From Myxococcota bacterium (GTDB lineage: Bacteria; Myxococcota_A; SURF-8): 64,000 nt of DNA. The stretch covers positions 3,200,001 through 3,264,000 of the forward strand of contig OZ223209.1 of NCBI GenBank assembly GCA_965140415.1, in the 5' to 3' direction. The first letter of the stretch is position 1. Each line of letters starts with the position of its first letter. Below the pieces are notes generated by a model. The model saw only the letters and a program-made list of their open reading frames with translations, had not been told where the DNA came from and ran no database searches. This document shows, piece after piece, positions 1-10,683 of the stretch. A program made the translations under genes and the position numbers.

Positions 1-1
1 C

Positions 2-1393
2 ACGACTCCCAGTGAATATCTACGGAATAACCCTTCGGAAGGATTGGTCTATATGCCGACTACGAGTTATTTCGAGATGAGCCAGTGGACATTAAATCAT
101 GAGGATAATCGTACATTGGAGCAGTTGAGCCATATGCACGAAGAAGAATTGGGACATAAAAGAGAAGTGTTCATTAAGGGAGGTTTTTTCCGAAACTTCT
201 TTTTGCGATATCCCGAATCGAATCACATGCACAAACGTATGCTGGAGGTCAGTCGCAAGGTTCATCTTTCGGGGCTGGAAGGTCAACCGCGAGACGAGGC
301 GAAACGGGAGTTGTATCAAGCGCAGTGCAACTGTGCCTACTGGCATGGCATTTTTGGCGGTCTGTATCTGCCGCACCTGCGAGATGCCATTTATGAGCAT
401 CTCATCAAAGCCGACTTCATGACGGAAAACCGCGACTTAGCAACGGATAATTACGATCTGGACTACGATGGCAAACCGGAAATCAGGCTTTTCAGTCAAT
501 GGTTGATCGGTCTTCTGTCCCCATTCGACGGTGGTACGCTTATCGAACTGGATGTTGCGGAACCGAGTTTCAACCTGATCAACACATTGGCGCGCAGACC
601 GGAAGCCTATCATTTTCCGCCTGTCATTCAGCATGAAGCTGGAGAATCCACCAGCATTCACGATCTGGAAAAGCAATTGACAGATGAGCAGAGAAAGCAG
701 TTGTTATACGACTCGACGCGACGCTCCTGCTTCCGCGATACGATGTTGCCAATCGATCAGTCACCGACGGCAGAGGATCTTCGAGATCTGCGATATGTGG
801 ATCTTGGCGAACTGGCCACGCTGAATTACACCGGAGTCGACAGTGAAACCTCAAACGAAGTGATCGCGGAAATGTCTGCAAAAGCGACACTACCCGATAG
901 TAGCGAACTGAACATTGTCAAACGCTTTGCATTGCCTAAAAACCGGGCTCGCATGGCCGTCACCTATGAATTGACACCGGCAAACGGAAAAGCCATTGCC
1001 GGTCGATTTGCAACCCAGCTGAACATTGCGCTCCCTGCGGCGCTGGGTCAAACCAGCCCCTTTATTGTGGATGGCAACCTGTTGGAAGGTGTTGGACTGC
1101 TGGAATCGGGTGAAAAGCAGGCTGCAAAGCAGTTCGTGATCCATGAGACGGAACATCGGCATGTGGATTTCCAGGTTGACATTGACCGGGATATGGATAT
1201 CATCTGGCATCCGATTGAAACGGTTTCCCAATCCGAATCCGGTTTCGATCGTAACTACCAGTCAACGGCTATCTGGCTGCTTATGCCGCAGACGTCCATT
1301 GCGGAAAAGACGACGTTCACAGTGTACTTGACAATACAGGACAACCAGGAGAAGGCCCACAAGGCGGGCGATACATCCTGCGCAAACGATTAA
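2..1393 (+). CDS. GH57 alpha-amylase/4-alpha-glucanotransferase, C-terminal part (5' truncated by window edge)
   Basis: Frame is open from position 2. Motifs SYFEM, FFRNFFLRYPESNHMHKRML, QCNCAYWHGIFGGLYLPHLR, NTLARRPEAYH and PIETVSQSESGFDRNYQ are typical of this family. Confidence 0.9.
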   Translation, partial: TTPSEYLRNNPSEGLVYMPTTSYFEMSQWTLNHEDNRTLEQLSHMHEEELGHKREVFIKGGFFRNFFLRYPESNHMHKRMLEVSRKVHLSGLEGQPRDEAKRELYQAQCNCAYWHGIFGGLYLPHLRDAIYEHLIKADFMTENRDLATDNYDLDYDGKPEIRLFSQWLIGLLSPFDGGTLIELDVAEPSFNLINTLARRPEAYHFPPVIQHEAGESTSIHDLEKQLTDEQRKQLLYDSTRRSCFRDTMLPIDQSPTAEDLRDLRYVDLGELATLNYTGVDSETSNEVIAEMSAKATLPDSSELNIVKRFALPKNRARMAVTYELTPANGKAIAGRFATQLNIALPAALGQTSPFIVDGNLLEGVGLLESGEKQAAKQFVIHETEHRHVDFQVDIDRDMDIIWHPIETVSQSESGFDRNYQSTAIWLLMPQTSIAEKTTFTVYLTIQDNQEKAHKAGDTSCAND

Positions 1394-1488
1394 TATCACT
1401 GGATATCGTTTCAGGTCACTAGATCTTGAGCGATCCAGATTGGTGATAAAACCAAGATTTTACTGGTTCGAGGAATGAGGAAACCGAC

Positions 1489-2112
1489 ATGCTACCTTTC
1501 AGTTACAACCAAGATCGCTGCTTAATCTTTCCAGTGGATCCGGGTAGTCTTTATGCCTACTGGGACTACAGTGAAGAAAGCTGGCAGGACATGGACCAGA
1601 ACAACGTCAATCTGATCCTCCAGATGGAGCGTCAAGACGGCGAAGTGTTCACGATTCAGGTTCGTCGTGAGAGCAGGAGCTATTGGTTTAAAGATCTATC
1701 TCCTTCCACTTTCTACCGTTTGGTTCTATTGACGGTAGATTCCCAAGGAGAGAAAAAGGTTTTCCTTAAGTCCTCTCCTGTTCGTATGCCTCCCAATCAG
1801 GTGTCCACACATACCGAAGCGTCATTTAAAACGTTTTCCCTGGAAGAACCATTGCCCGAGTTGCCTGCGGGACGAGAAAATGGATATGTCTACAATCCGA
1901 GTTGGAGAGCAGAGTTGCTTGAAGCCAGATCGAAAGGCCACATCGAGCCGGAAGACGACTGGCGCACACCAGACGAATTGATGAAGCTCAGCGAAGCGCA
2001 AGGTGTGGACCGAGAACCGAAGTCGATATTTTACAGCGAACAAACGGGAACCGACTTGTTTGTAAATGCCGCATCCAGCGGTCGGCTGCCCCGCTTGCCC
2101 GAAAAAGAATAA
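1489..2112 (+). CDS. DUF4912-domain protein (glycogen cluster associated)
   Basis: PVDPGSLYAYWD and RSYWF motifs; lies directly upstream of the GH57 branching enzyme. Confidence 0.75.
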   Translation: MLPFSYNQDRCLIFPVDPGSLYAYWDYSEESWQDMDQNNVNLILQMERQDGEVFTIQVRRESRSYWFKDLSPSTFYRLVLLTVDSQGEKKVFLKSSPVRMPPNQVSTHTEASFKTFSLEEPLPELPAGRENGYVYNPSWRAELLEARSKGHIEPEDDWRTPDELMKLSEAQGVDREPKSIFYSEQTGTDLFVNAASSGRLPRLPEKE

Positions 2113-2128
2113 AGTGAAGGATTGAATC

Positions 2129-3724
2129 ATGAGCAAAGGATACTTAGCCCTGGTACTGCACGCGCATCTTCCCTTTATTCGTCACCCGGAAAACGACGAT
2201 CACCTGGAAGAGCGCTGGTTGTTTGAAGCCATTACCGAAACCTACATCCCGCTGCTACACGTTTATGAAGGACTCGTTAAAGATGGGGTTCCGTTTAAAA
2301 TCACCATGTCCGTCTCTCCTCCATTGGCAAATATGCTTGCCGATGAATTGTTGCAGCAGCGCTATCTTCGTCATTTGGATAAGTTGATCGATCTGTCCGA
2401 AAAGGAAATCGATCGCACTCGCAAGGAGGCCAATGATTTCACTGGCTTGGCGGAGATGTATTTCCATTTGTTCAAGAAAACGCGCCACACCTTTGCCGAA
2501 ATCTACGACTGCAATCTGTTGAACGGATTTCGGAAGTTTATGGAATCGGATAACTTGGAAATCATCACATGTGGTGCGACTCATGGCTTTCTGCCAATGA
2601 TGCGTCACCATCCGGAGTCGATTTGTGGTCAAATCCATACCGCTGCGGATGACTATGAACGTCATTTCGGCAGACGCCCGATGGGAATCTGGTTGCCGGA
2701 GTGTGGATATTTCAAGGGACTGGATCGCTATGTGGCCGAAGCGGGAATCCGCTATTTCCTTGTAGATACTCATGGTGTTGAATTTGCCGAGCCGCGACCG
2801 GTCAACGGGGTATACGCTCCGATCATGACACCCTCAGGCACGGCTGTATTCGCGCGCGATCATGAATCCTCCAAACAGGTATGGAGTTCGGAGGAAGGTT
2901 ATCCGGGAGACTTCGACTACCGGGAATTTTACCGGGATGTCGGCTTCGACCTGCCCTTCCCTTATATTAAGAATTACATCCATCCGGATGGTATCCGGCT
3001 GAACACCGGCATAAAATATTTCCGTATCACAGGAAAAGGCGATTTGAATACTCGTAAGCCGTACAACTACGACGTTGCCCGAGATCGTGCAGCCGAACAT
3101 GCAAGCAATTTCATTTTCAACCGGGAACGACAAATCGAGTGGATCTCCAGTGGCATGGAAGGCAAGCCGATTATCGTTGCGCCCTACGATGCGGAATTGT
3201 TCGGCCATTGGTGGTTTGAAGGCCCGGACTGGATCAACTACCTGCTACGCAAGGTAGCCTACGATCAGCACACTTTCGAAATGAGCACGCCGCGCCATTA
3301 CCTTCAAGAAAAGCCGAAGTTGCAGGTTTGCACTCCGGCGGATTCCTCATGGGGCGACAAAGGCTACTATGAAGTATGGGCCAATGGCGCCAACGAGTGG
3401 ATCTATCTGCACCTGCATCAAGCCGCAGAGCGAATGGTGGAACTTGCGCAGCATCCGGATCGTGGCTCGGAAACTGTCGAACGAGCGGTGCGCCAGGCGA
3501 TGCGTGAACTGCTTCTGGCGCAAAGTTCCGACTGGGCTTTCATTATCACAACCCAAACCGCCGTTGACTATGCCGTTCAACGGACAACGGTTCATCTTGA
3601 GCGATTTAACACGTTGTATTCCCAGATCAATCAGGGTAATATAGATTTAGGGTTTTTATCGGATATCGAAAGCAAAGACAATCTGTTCCGCGACATCAAT
3701 CCGGACATCTATCGCCCTCGATAG
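2129..3724 (+). CDS. GH57 1,4-alpha-glucan branching enzyme (DUF1957)
   Basis: HAHLPF, WLFEAITETYIP, GIWLPEC (nucleophile), PYDAELFGHWWFEG (acid/base), ELLLAQSSDWAF. Confidence 0.95.
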   Translation: MSKGYLALVLHAHLPFIRHPENDDHLEERWLFEAITETYIPLLHVYEGLVKDGVPFKITMSVSPPLANMLADELLQQRYLRHLDKLIDLSEKEIDRTRKEANDFTGLAEMYFHLFKKTRHTFAEIYDCNLLNGFRKFMESDNLEIITCGATHGFLPMMRHHPESICGQIHTAADDYERHFGRRPMGIWLPECGYFKGLDRYVAEAGIRYFLVDTHGVEFAEPRPVNGVYAPIMTPSGTAVFARDHESSKQVWSSEEGYPGDFDYREFYRDVGFDLPFPYIKNYIHPDGIRLNTGIKYFRITGKGDLNTRKPYNYDVARDRAAEHASNFIFNRERQIEWISSGMEGKPIIVAPYDAELFGHWWFEGPDWINYLLRKVAYDQHTFEMSTPRHYLQEKPKLQVCTPADSSWGDKGYYEVWANGANEWIYLHLHQAAERMVELAQHPDRGSETVERAVRQAMRELLLAQSSDWAFIITTQTAVDYAVQRTTVHLERFNTLYSQINQGNIDLGFLSDIESKDNLFRDINPDIYRPR

Positions 3725-3738
3725 GTAGGAGTGCATCC

Positions 3739-5226
3739 ATGACACGGAAGATGAAAGCATTGCTGGTCAGTGCGGAGGCCATTCCGTTTTCAAAAGCGGG
3801 TGGTCTGGGAGATGTTGCGGGTGCGTTGCCTGTTGCGTTGGCCGCCCAAAAAGTCGATTGTCGCTTGATCACTCCTTTGTATGGTTTCATCGATAAGGGT
3901 TCGTACCGAATTCGAAAAGTCGCCGGTCTCGATCCGATATCCATTCCTGTCGGCGACAGAACCTTCGAGGTGACATTTTACCGATCCAATTTCCCAAACA
4001 CAAAAACCCAGGTATTCTTTGTGGGTTGCAAGGACTTGTTCGATCGCGACGGCATCTATACCGATCCGGTCAACAGCCAACCCTATGACGATACTCCCAC
4101 TCGTTTTATCCTCTTTTCAAAAGCGGTAATCGAGTTTCTAAAACAAGAAGTGTTCCTTCCGGACATTCTGCATTTGAACGATTACCATACCGCTCTAATC
4201 GCTCCGATGCTGAGGACTCTGCCGCAACCGGAAGCGTTACGCAGCATAAAGCTGCTCTTCGCCATCAATAATGCACAATACCAAGGCCAGGAAGATCAGC
4301 ACTACATCTACGAAGCGGGATTGGACTATCAACTCGCATATGCCGGTGGTCCATTGGAGTTTTATGGTGGTTTCAATTTTATGAAATCAGGCATCGTGCA
4401 TGCGGACAAGCTGGTAACGGTTTCTCCGACCTATGCCAAACAGACCATGGAAAGTTCAGAAGCGGGTTTTGGTCTTGAGGGGGTTTTGGCAAGTCGCAGT
4501 AAAGATTATGAAGGCATTCTCAATGGTGTTGACTACAGTTTGTGGGATCCCAAAAACGACAAGCTGATTCCAAAGAATTACAGCGCCGGATCGCTTCAGG
4601 GAAAGCAGAAAAACAAAGCTGCGTTGATTAAGAAATGCGATTTCAGAGACTTCGACGTCAACAGACCTTTAGCCGGTATGGTTACGCGTTTAGTGGAACA
4701 AAAAGGTCTGGATTTGTTACTCGATGCACTACCCGGCCTACTTGATCTCGAACTTAACATTGTGATTCTGGGGAAAGGTTCCCCGCGAATCGAACAAGAA
4801 TTACAGGCAGCCCAGCAACGCTATTCCAATCACTTGGCTCTCTTCCTCGATTTCGATGAACCTCTCGCTCACCTGATCGAAGCCGGCAGTGATTTCTACC
4901 TGATGCCATCTCGTTTTGAGCCTTGCGGTCTGAACCAAATGTACTCATTACGCTACGGCACCTTGCCTATCGTTCATCACACGGGTGGTCTTGCCGATTC
5001 CGTACTGGATTATTCTCCCGAGACAAACAGCGGATGGGGCTTCAGCTTTGCGCGCTTTGAAACATCGGAACTAATAGAGGCCGTTAGTAGGGCCTGTCAG
5101 GCATATCGGGATAGTGAAGGCTGGAAACGGCTTATGAAACGAGCGATGGGTCTGGATTTCAGTTGGGACAGCAGTGCGGAAAAATATAAAGAACTCTATC
5201 ACAGAATGATCAATGTCCAGTCATGA
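3739..5226 (+). CDS. glgA: Glycogen synthase (GT5)
   Basis: KAGGLGDV, TVSPTYA, GILNGVD, PSRFEPCGLNQMYSLRYGT. Confidence 0.96.
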   Translation: MTRKMKALLVSAEAIPFSKAGGLGDVAGALPVALAAQKVDCRLITPLYGFIDKGSYRIRKVAGLDPISIPVGDRTFEVTFYRSNFPNTKTQVFFVGCKDLFDRDGIYTDPVNSQPYDDTPTRFILFSKAVIEFLKQEVFLPDILHLNDYHTALIAPMLRTLPQPEALRSIKLLFAINNAQYQGQEDQHYIYEAGLDYQLAYAGGPLEFYGGFNFMKSGIVHADKLVTVSPTYAKQTMESSEAGFGLEGVLASRSKDYEGILNGVDYSLWDPKNDKLIPKNYSAGSLQGKQKNKAALIKKCDFRDFDVNRPLAGMVTRLVEQKGLDLLLDALPGLLDLELNIVILGKGSPRIEQELQAAQQRYSNHLALFLDFDEPLAHLIEAGSDFYLMPSRFEPCGLNQMYSLRYGTLPIVHHTGGLADSVLDYSPETNSGWGFSFARFETSELIEAVSRACQAYRDSEGWKRLMKRAMGLDFSWDSSAEKYKELYHRMINVQS

Positions 5227-7429
5227 CGAATTGAAACAGTCGATCCTGGAACGGCTCGCTTTTTTCGGGCCGATCATGGATCAATTTGAAATGGGCCTGA
5301 TGCTCATCGATCCGCATGATACCATTCACTGGGCGAACCCTTATCTTCTGAAGATGGAGCTTTGCTGCCAGGATATCGAGCAAGTCATCAAAGGACGTCC
5401 TAGCCGAATCGAGTTCGCACGCTGCGGCGATTGCTCGCTTATCGACATTTGCAAAACACCGGACATTCCAACGCGATTTTGCAAACGTCATGAAAACAAG
5501 AGCGGTCCTCCAGGACGTTCTTTCAATGTTATGTGTCACGCCATTTTCGACGCCGAGGATCAACCGGCTTTCTACATTCAGATCATTCGTGACGAAACCG
5601 ACCAGGAAGAGGCCTATCGATCCCGCCAAGAACTGCAAATGATGATGTCCAACGTGTTGGACAATACCGCAGATGCCGTGTTGACACTCGATCAAAAGCG
5701 CATCATTTACTCGTGGAACCGGGGTGCATGGCAGGTTTTCGGATATACGAAAAGCGAGATGCGAACCCAGCATGTCGAGAAATTGATCCCGGAAGAAGAG
5801 GAAAGCCGATTACAGTTTCAGCGTATTCAGCGTCTACTGGATGAGCAGGGGTTCGTTCGAAATCAACGAGCGCGGATGATCACCAAGGACCAGCGCATCA
5901 TCGATGTTGCGGTCACTCAAACCGCCATGCAGAACCTGCATGGTGAGCCACTGGGATTTTCGCTGATCATTCGAGACATCAGTAACGTCGTCCATCTGGA
6001 ACACTCATTCGAACAGAAGGTGGACCAGCTTACCAAGCTATTGCAGATCGATGACATTATCCGCAAGGCAAAAACGCTGGAAGAGATTTATACCGCCATT
6101 CTGGTGGCGGTAACCGCTGGAGAAGGCTTGCGTTTCAATCGCGCCTTTCTCTTTGCCGTTTCTTCGGACAGTCAGGCGCTGAGTGCGGTATTGGGCGTTT
6201 CGCCTCAGCGTCTTGAAGGCGTTTATTATGACGAGGACGGTGTTGATCGCGATCATTTGACATTGGCTGAAATCATCCAGTTGCATCATACTCAGGCGGC
6301 AGAGGGGGAAACGCATCCTTCTCTGGATCTGTCCGGCTTGACAATTTCCATGAAAGACACGGAAAATCCGATCATTCGATGCTTGCTGGAAAATCGACCT
6401 TTTCTGTACATTAAAGGCGGGGCCGACGATGCTCCGCTCGCCGATCTACTGGAAACGATTCAATCCGAGCAGTTTGTTTGTGTGCCCTTGATCTGGCAGG
6501 ACCAGCGCCTGGGTATCATTATGGCAGACAACGACTTGTCGCAGCAATCAATCAGCATGGAAGCGATCCAATTCCTGATCAGTTTTGCCAACCGGGCTGC
6601 CAGCGCAATTTCTAACATTCAGCTACAGGAGGATTTGCAGGCGAAGGTTGAGGAGCTTAAGAAAGCCTATCAACAAGTGACGGAAATGCAGGGAATGTCT
6701 CTGCAACGTGAACGCCTGGCTGCGCTTGGTGAAATGTCTTCTAAAGTGGCGCATGAAATTCGTAACCCGCTGGCGTCGATCGGTGGTTTTGCTCGCCTAT
6801 TAAGAAAAACGAGCACTTCAAATGAAAACATCCATTTCTTGGATATCATTTTAAGTGAAACAACTCGACTGGAAGGTATTCTGGAAGAAGTGCTGGGCTA
6901 CGTCAAACCTTCGGTAACCGACATGACCCCATGCAATCTTAATATTTTGCTCAACGAATGCCGGGAACTGGCGGAGCAACAACGACATTCTACCTATTTA
7001 AGGCACCCGGACATTACCATTAACATGAATCTTGACCGAAATCTGCCTACCGTGACCTGCAATGAGCATCGTTTGAAACAGGCATTTTTGAACTTAATTC
7101 AAAACGGAATGGAATCGATGAGTGGCAGTGGTGAACTGACGATAAGTTCGAAGCAAAGTGAAAATCATGCAATCGTTTCCATTTCCGACTCTGGAAGCGG
7201 TATCAGCCAATCCAACCTGCGCAACTTGTTTAAGCCTTTCTTTACAACCAAAAGCAGAGGTGTAGGATTGGGATTGTCCGTCACCCGGCAAATAATAGAT
7301 TCTCATAATGGGAAAATCGAGGTTGACAGCACACTTGGAAAGGGTACAACATTTACGATAACCATACCGTTTAGGTATAAGGAGGGCATACACGATGAGC
7401 TCACAAAAGAAGAAGCTTCTTATCGTTGA
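5213..7429 (+). CDS. PAS-PAS-GAF sensor histidine kinase
   Basis: H-box AHEIRNPL, N-box NLIQNG, DSGSGI, FFTTK, GVGLGL; PAS (WNRGA) and GAF (GLRFNRAFLF) segments; start overlaps the end of glgA. Confidence 0.93.
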   Translation: MSSHDELKQSILERLAFFGPIMDQFEMGLMLIDPHDTIHWANPYLLKMELCCQDIEQVIKGRPSRIEFARCGDCSLIDICKTPDIPTRFCKRHENKSGPPGRSFNVMCHAIFDAEDQPAFYIQIIRDETDQEEAYRSRQELQMMMSNVLDNTADAVLTLDQKRIIYSWNRGAWQVFGYTKSEMRTQHVEKLIPEEEESRLQFQRIQRLLDEQGFVRNQRARMITKDQRIIDVAVTQTAMQNLHGEPLGFSLIIRDISNVVHLEHSFEQKVDQLTKLLQIDDIIRKAKTLEEIYTAILVAVTAGEGLRFNRAFLFAVSSDSQALSAVLGVSPQRLEGVYYDEDGVDRDHLTLAEIIQLHHTQAAEGETHPSLDLSGLTISMKDTENPIIRCLLENRPFLYIKGGADDAPLADLLETIQSEQFVCVPLIWQDQRLGIIMADNDLSQQSISMEAIQFLISFANRAASAISNIQLQEDLQAKVEELKKAYQQVTEMQGMSLQRERLAALGEMSSKVAHEIRNPLASIGGFARLLRKTSTSNENIHFLDIILSETTRLEGILEEVLGYVKPSVTDMTPCNLNILLNECRELAEQQRHSTYLRHPDITINMNLDRNLPTVTCNEHRLKQAFLNLIQNGMESMSGSGELTISSKQSENHAIVSISDSGSGISQSNLRNLFKPFFTTKSRGVGLGLSVTRQIIDSHNGKIEVDSTLGKGTTFTITIPFRYKEGIHDELTKEEASYR

Positions 7430-7778
7430 CGATGAACCCAATCTTCGGGTTCTGTATGAAGCGGAGTTTCGACAGGAAGGCTATGAAGTCGTACTTGCTT
7501 CCGACGGTCCCGAAGCCATAAAAATGGTGGAGAAGGAAAAACCCGACCTGGTCGTTTTAGACATTCGCATGCCGGGAATGGATGGTATCGAGACCATGAG
7601 CGAAATTCTCGGTCGCGACAACCAATTACCCGTAATCATCAATAGCGCCTACAGCCACTATAAAGAGAATTTTATGAGCTGGTCTGCCGACGCCTATGTG
7701 GTGAAGTCTTCCAATACAGACGAATTGAAGGAAAAAGTGGCCGAGCTTCTTGCTGCCACTCCAGAAAACACCTACTGA
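7395..7778 (+). CDS. Single-domain response regulator (receiver only)
   Basis: LIVDDE, LDIRMPGMDG, YVVK; 127 aa with no output domain. Confidence 0.93.
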   Translation: MSSQKKKLLIVDDEPNLRVLYEAEFRQEGYEVVLASDGPEAIKMVEKEKPDLVVLDIRMPGMDGIETMSEILGRDNQLPVIINSAYSHYKENFMSWSADAYVVKSSNTDELKEKVAELLAATPENTY

Positions 7779-7813
7779 GATCACGCAGAAAAGTAGAAAG
7801 ATCGGGTGGATAG

Positions 7814-9043
7814 ATGAGAAGTTACTGGTCCAGCCTTTTTAGAGACACGTTAACGATGATCCTGGCCGGTGGGCGTGGCGAACGATTGTCTCCATTGACC
7901 TTGCCGCGTTCCAAGCCATCGGTGCCTTTTGGTGGAATGTATCGCATTATCGATTTCACACTTTCGAATTGCGTCAATTCCGGTTTTCGTAGAATCTATC
8001 TGTTAACTCAGTACAAAAGCCAGTCTCTCGACGAGCATACGGCAAGAGGCTGGAACCTGTTCTCTCACGAATTGGGAGAGTTCATGTACAGCGTTCCTCC
8101 GCAACAGCGCTACCGAGATCGCTGGTATATGGGGACTGCCGACGCCATTTTCCAAAACTTGAACTTGCTTGCCAAGCACCAGCCTAAGTATGTGCTGGTA
8201 CTATCCGGCGATCACATCTATAAAATGGACTACTCCAAGATGCTTGCCTACCACGTCGAAAAAGGGGCAGACATCACGATCTCGACTATTCCCGTCACGA
8301 AAGCCGAAGCGACCCGCTTTGGAGTCTGTGGTGTTGACGCGGACAACCGGATACTGAAATTCCAGGAAAAAGAAAACAATCCGATGGAAATGCCCAATCG
8401 TCCCGGCTGGTGCATGGGAAGCATGGGTGTTTACATTTTCAATACCGAAGTATTAGCCAAAGAAATCTCCCGAGACGCCAAACAAAAGTCAGAGCACGAT
8501 TTCGGGAAAAACATCATTCCGAACGTTTTGAACAGCGGGCGTGTGTTCGCGTATGAATTCGAAGATTTGAATCGGAAAAACAAACCTTATTGGCGAGACA
8601 TCGGAACCTTGGACAGCTATTTCGACGCTTCGATGGATCTTGTCTCAATCGACCCTGAATTCAACTTGTACGATTCCGACTGGCCCATTCGAACGTATAT
8701 CGGCCAGTACGCTCCGACCAAAACCGTCTGGCGAGGGGAAAAACGCCGTGGTCAACTTATCGAATCCATGGTTTGTAACGGAGTTATCGTTTCCGGTGGT
8801 GAAGTCATTCGCTCTATCCTGAGTTCGGGAGTTCGCATCAACAGCTACTCTCACACTGAAGAATGCATTCTTTTCAATGATGTCGATGTCGGTCGAAACT
8901 GTCGTATGCGGCGTGTCATCATAGATAAAAACGTCTCCGTTCCGGAGAATACCGTCATCGGTTACGATCACGATCAAGACCGAAAACGCTTTATGGTGAC
9001 GGATAACGGCATTACCATTATCCCCAAAGGCTATATTTTCTAG
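7814..9043 (+). CDS. glgC: Glucose-1-phosphate adenylyltransferase
   Basis: ILAGGRGERL, KPSVPFGG, GTADAI, LSGDHIYKMDY, DFGKNIIP, YWRDIGT. Confidence 0.97.
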   Translation: MRSYWSSLFRDTLTMILAGGRGERLSPLTLPRSKPSVPFGGMYRIIDFTLSNCVNSGFRRIYLLTQYKSQSLDEHTARGWNLFSHELGEFMYSVPPQQRYRDRWYMGTADAIFQNLNLLAKHQPKYVLVLSGDHIYKMDYSKMLAYHVEKGADITISTIPVTKAEATRFGVCGVDADNRILKFQEKENNPMEMPNRPGWCMGSMGVYIFNTEVLAKEISRDAKQKSEHDFGKNIIPNVLNSGRVFAYEFEDLNRKNKPYWRDIGTLDSYFDASMDLVSIDPEFNLYDSDWPIRTYIGQYAPTKTVWRGEKRRGQLIESMVCNGVIVSGGEVIRSILSSGVRINSYSHTEECILFNDVDVGRNCRMRRVIIDKNVSVPENTVIGYDHDQDRKRFMVTDNGITIIPKGYIF

Positions 9044-9145
9044 CAAGAAAGATTCAATTTCTATCGGGGAAAAGAATTTTCCCGACAGAAGTTGAATTGA
9101 AAGAGTTGCAAGTCTGGGCGCTACAATCGACGCATATATCCAACT

Positions 9146-10618
9146 CTAAAATGTGTACGAAACCGAAGCGGAGATGAAGTGATAATCCGCTAAATAGGTT
9201 CCGGCGTTGGAAGGTGCCGCGGGTTTGCCAAGATACTGTTCCGCGCATAAGTCTTCATCGTCATATGGAGCGACGCAAGCCGAACCGGGAACCTGCTGGA
9301 ACACCTGGGATTCTTCTTCTGTTACGGTCACCGGCATCTGGAAAACATATGTATAAGACGCTGAGATGTCCGCACCGAAGAACATAACCGAAAATCCGCC
9401 GCTCACACCCAATCGATGCGAACCGAAAAAGTCGATGTACGAATTCTCGTCGGGCGCGGAAGGACTTTCGTAGAAGCCGCCTACTCTAACCGTGAACCAT
9501 TCCGGAACGGCATTGAAATCGGCCCCCAGACGTATGCTGTAAGTATCTTTCCAGTTTTTGGAAATATCGATTTTGTCGATGTAGAGTTCCTGACCTAGCA
9601 CTTCCGTTAACAGATTGTTGCCGTCCATGCGGTACTTGTCCACCAGCGACCAGGCTTCATACCCGAAGTCCAGTTCAATGTCGAAACGTTCGGTTTCACC
9701 TTCCAGGTAGATGTAGCGAAGTCCCAGTCGCAGTTTGGGCGGCAGTGTCATAGAGAATGTGACATCGTTGGTTTCCACACCGTTTCGGGACATTTTTACC
9801 GGATCGGTCAAATCAAGCTCAATCGCATCGACTTGTAGCGTACAATCCGCTTTCAGATAAACCGGAATCAACCTTGCGGAGAGGCCGATATCCAAAAAGT
9901 CGAATGGACGGTACCACATGCCCAGAATGCCTGAAAATCCGACGTGGTCGGTACCGGAGATTCTGCTGATCATATCGAATCGGCTTGAAACGGGATTGAC
10001 AATGCGAGGGGTTACGTTTCCATCGATTGCCAACTCGAAATTCATCTGCAACAGATCGACCCATTGCAGACTGATCCCGATTCCGAATACGTCATTGTAT
10101 TTCCAGGCTACGCTAGCAGAATAATAAAGAATAAGAACGTCACGCTCGATCAACATATAGCGCTGGCCACCGTCTTCAGGGAACTTCTGTGAAGCCGTTC
10201 CAGGAGGTCCATACACTCCCAATGCGAATCCCCAATCATCCAGACCGAAATCGGATGAAATACCCAGCATCGATCCAAGAATCTGCCACTTCTTGGAGTT
10301 TTCAACCGGATCGAAAGTGATGTACTGAGGAACGCCGTGAAAGGCTTCGCTCCAGTCCAGTGTGGGAGCGCGACGATATTCCTCATTGCTGTAGGTAAAG
10401 CGATTGCCAAGGTAAATTTGAGTGCCACGCATACGAGCCAGGCCTGCCGGGTTGTACTCGATGGCAGACACATCGTCCGCTTTTGCGGTGAAAGCACCTG
10501 AACGACCGGCAGATCTGGCTCCTTGATCGGCAATATCGAAGCCGCCCGCCCATAACGGGGAGGACATCAGTAACATGACCGGAACCAGCCACAGTGAGAC
10601 TATCTTTGATTCACGCAT
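9146..10618 (-). CDS. FadL/OmpP1/TodX-family outer-membrane channel
   Basis: Signal peptide followed by AGGF..QGARSAGRSGA..ADDVSAIEYNPAGL hatch motif; terminal SYTF. Confidence 0.85.
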   Translation of the reverse strand: MRESKIVSLWLVPVMLLMSSPLWAGGFDIADQGARSAGRSGAFTAKADDVSAIEYNPAGLARMRGTQIYLGNRFTYSNEEYRRAPTLDWSEAFHGVPQYITFDPVENSKKWQILGSMLGISSDFGLDDWGFALGVYGPPGTASQKFPEDGGQRYMLIERDVLILYYSASVAWKYNDVFGIGISLQWVDLLQMNFELAIDGNVTPRIVNPVSSRFDMISRISGTDHVGFSGILGMWYRPFDFLDIGLSARLIPVYLKADCTLQVDAIELDLTDPVKMSRNGVETNDVTFSMTLPPKLRLGLRYIYLEGETERFDIELDFGYEAWSLVDKYRMDGNNLLTEVLGQELYIDKIDISKNWKDTYSIRLGADFNAVPEWFTVRVGGFYESPSAPDENSYIDFFGSHRLGVSGGFSVMFFGADISASYTYVFQMPVTVTEEESQVFQQVPGSACVAPYDDEDLCAEQYLGKPAAPSNAGTYLADYHFISASVSYTF

Positions 10619-10683
10619 TGTGATGATCCTTGTTTGCTTGGGATGACATCGATCGATTCTCCTGTAGAGCGAGAAGGAATCGC

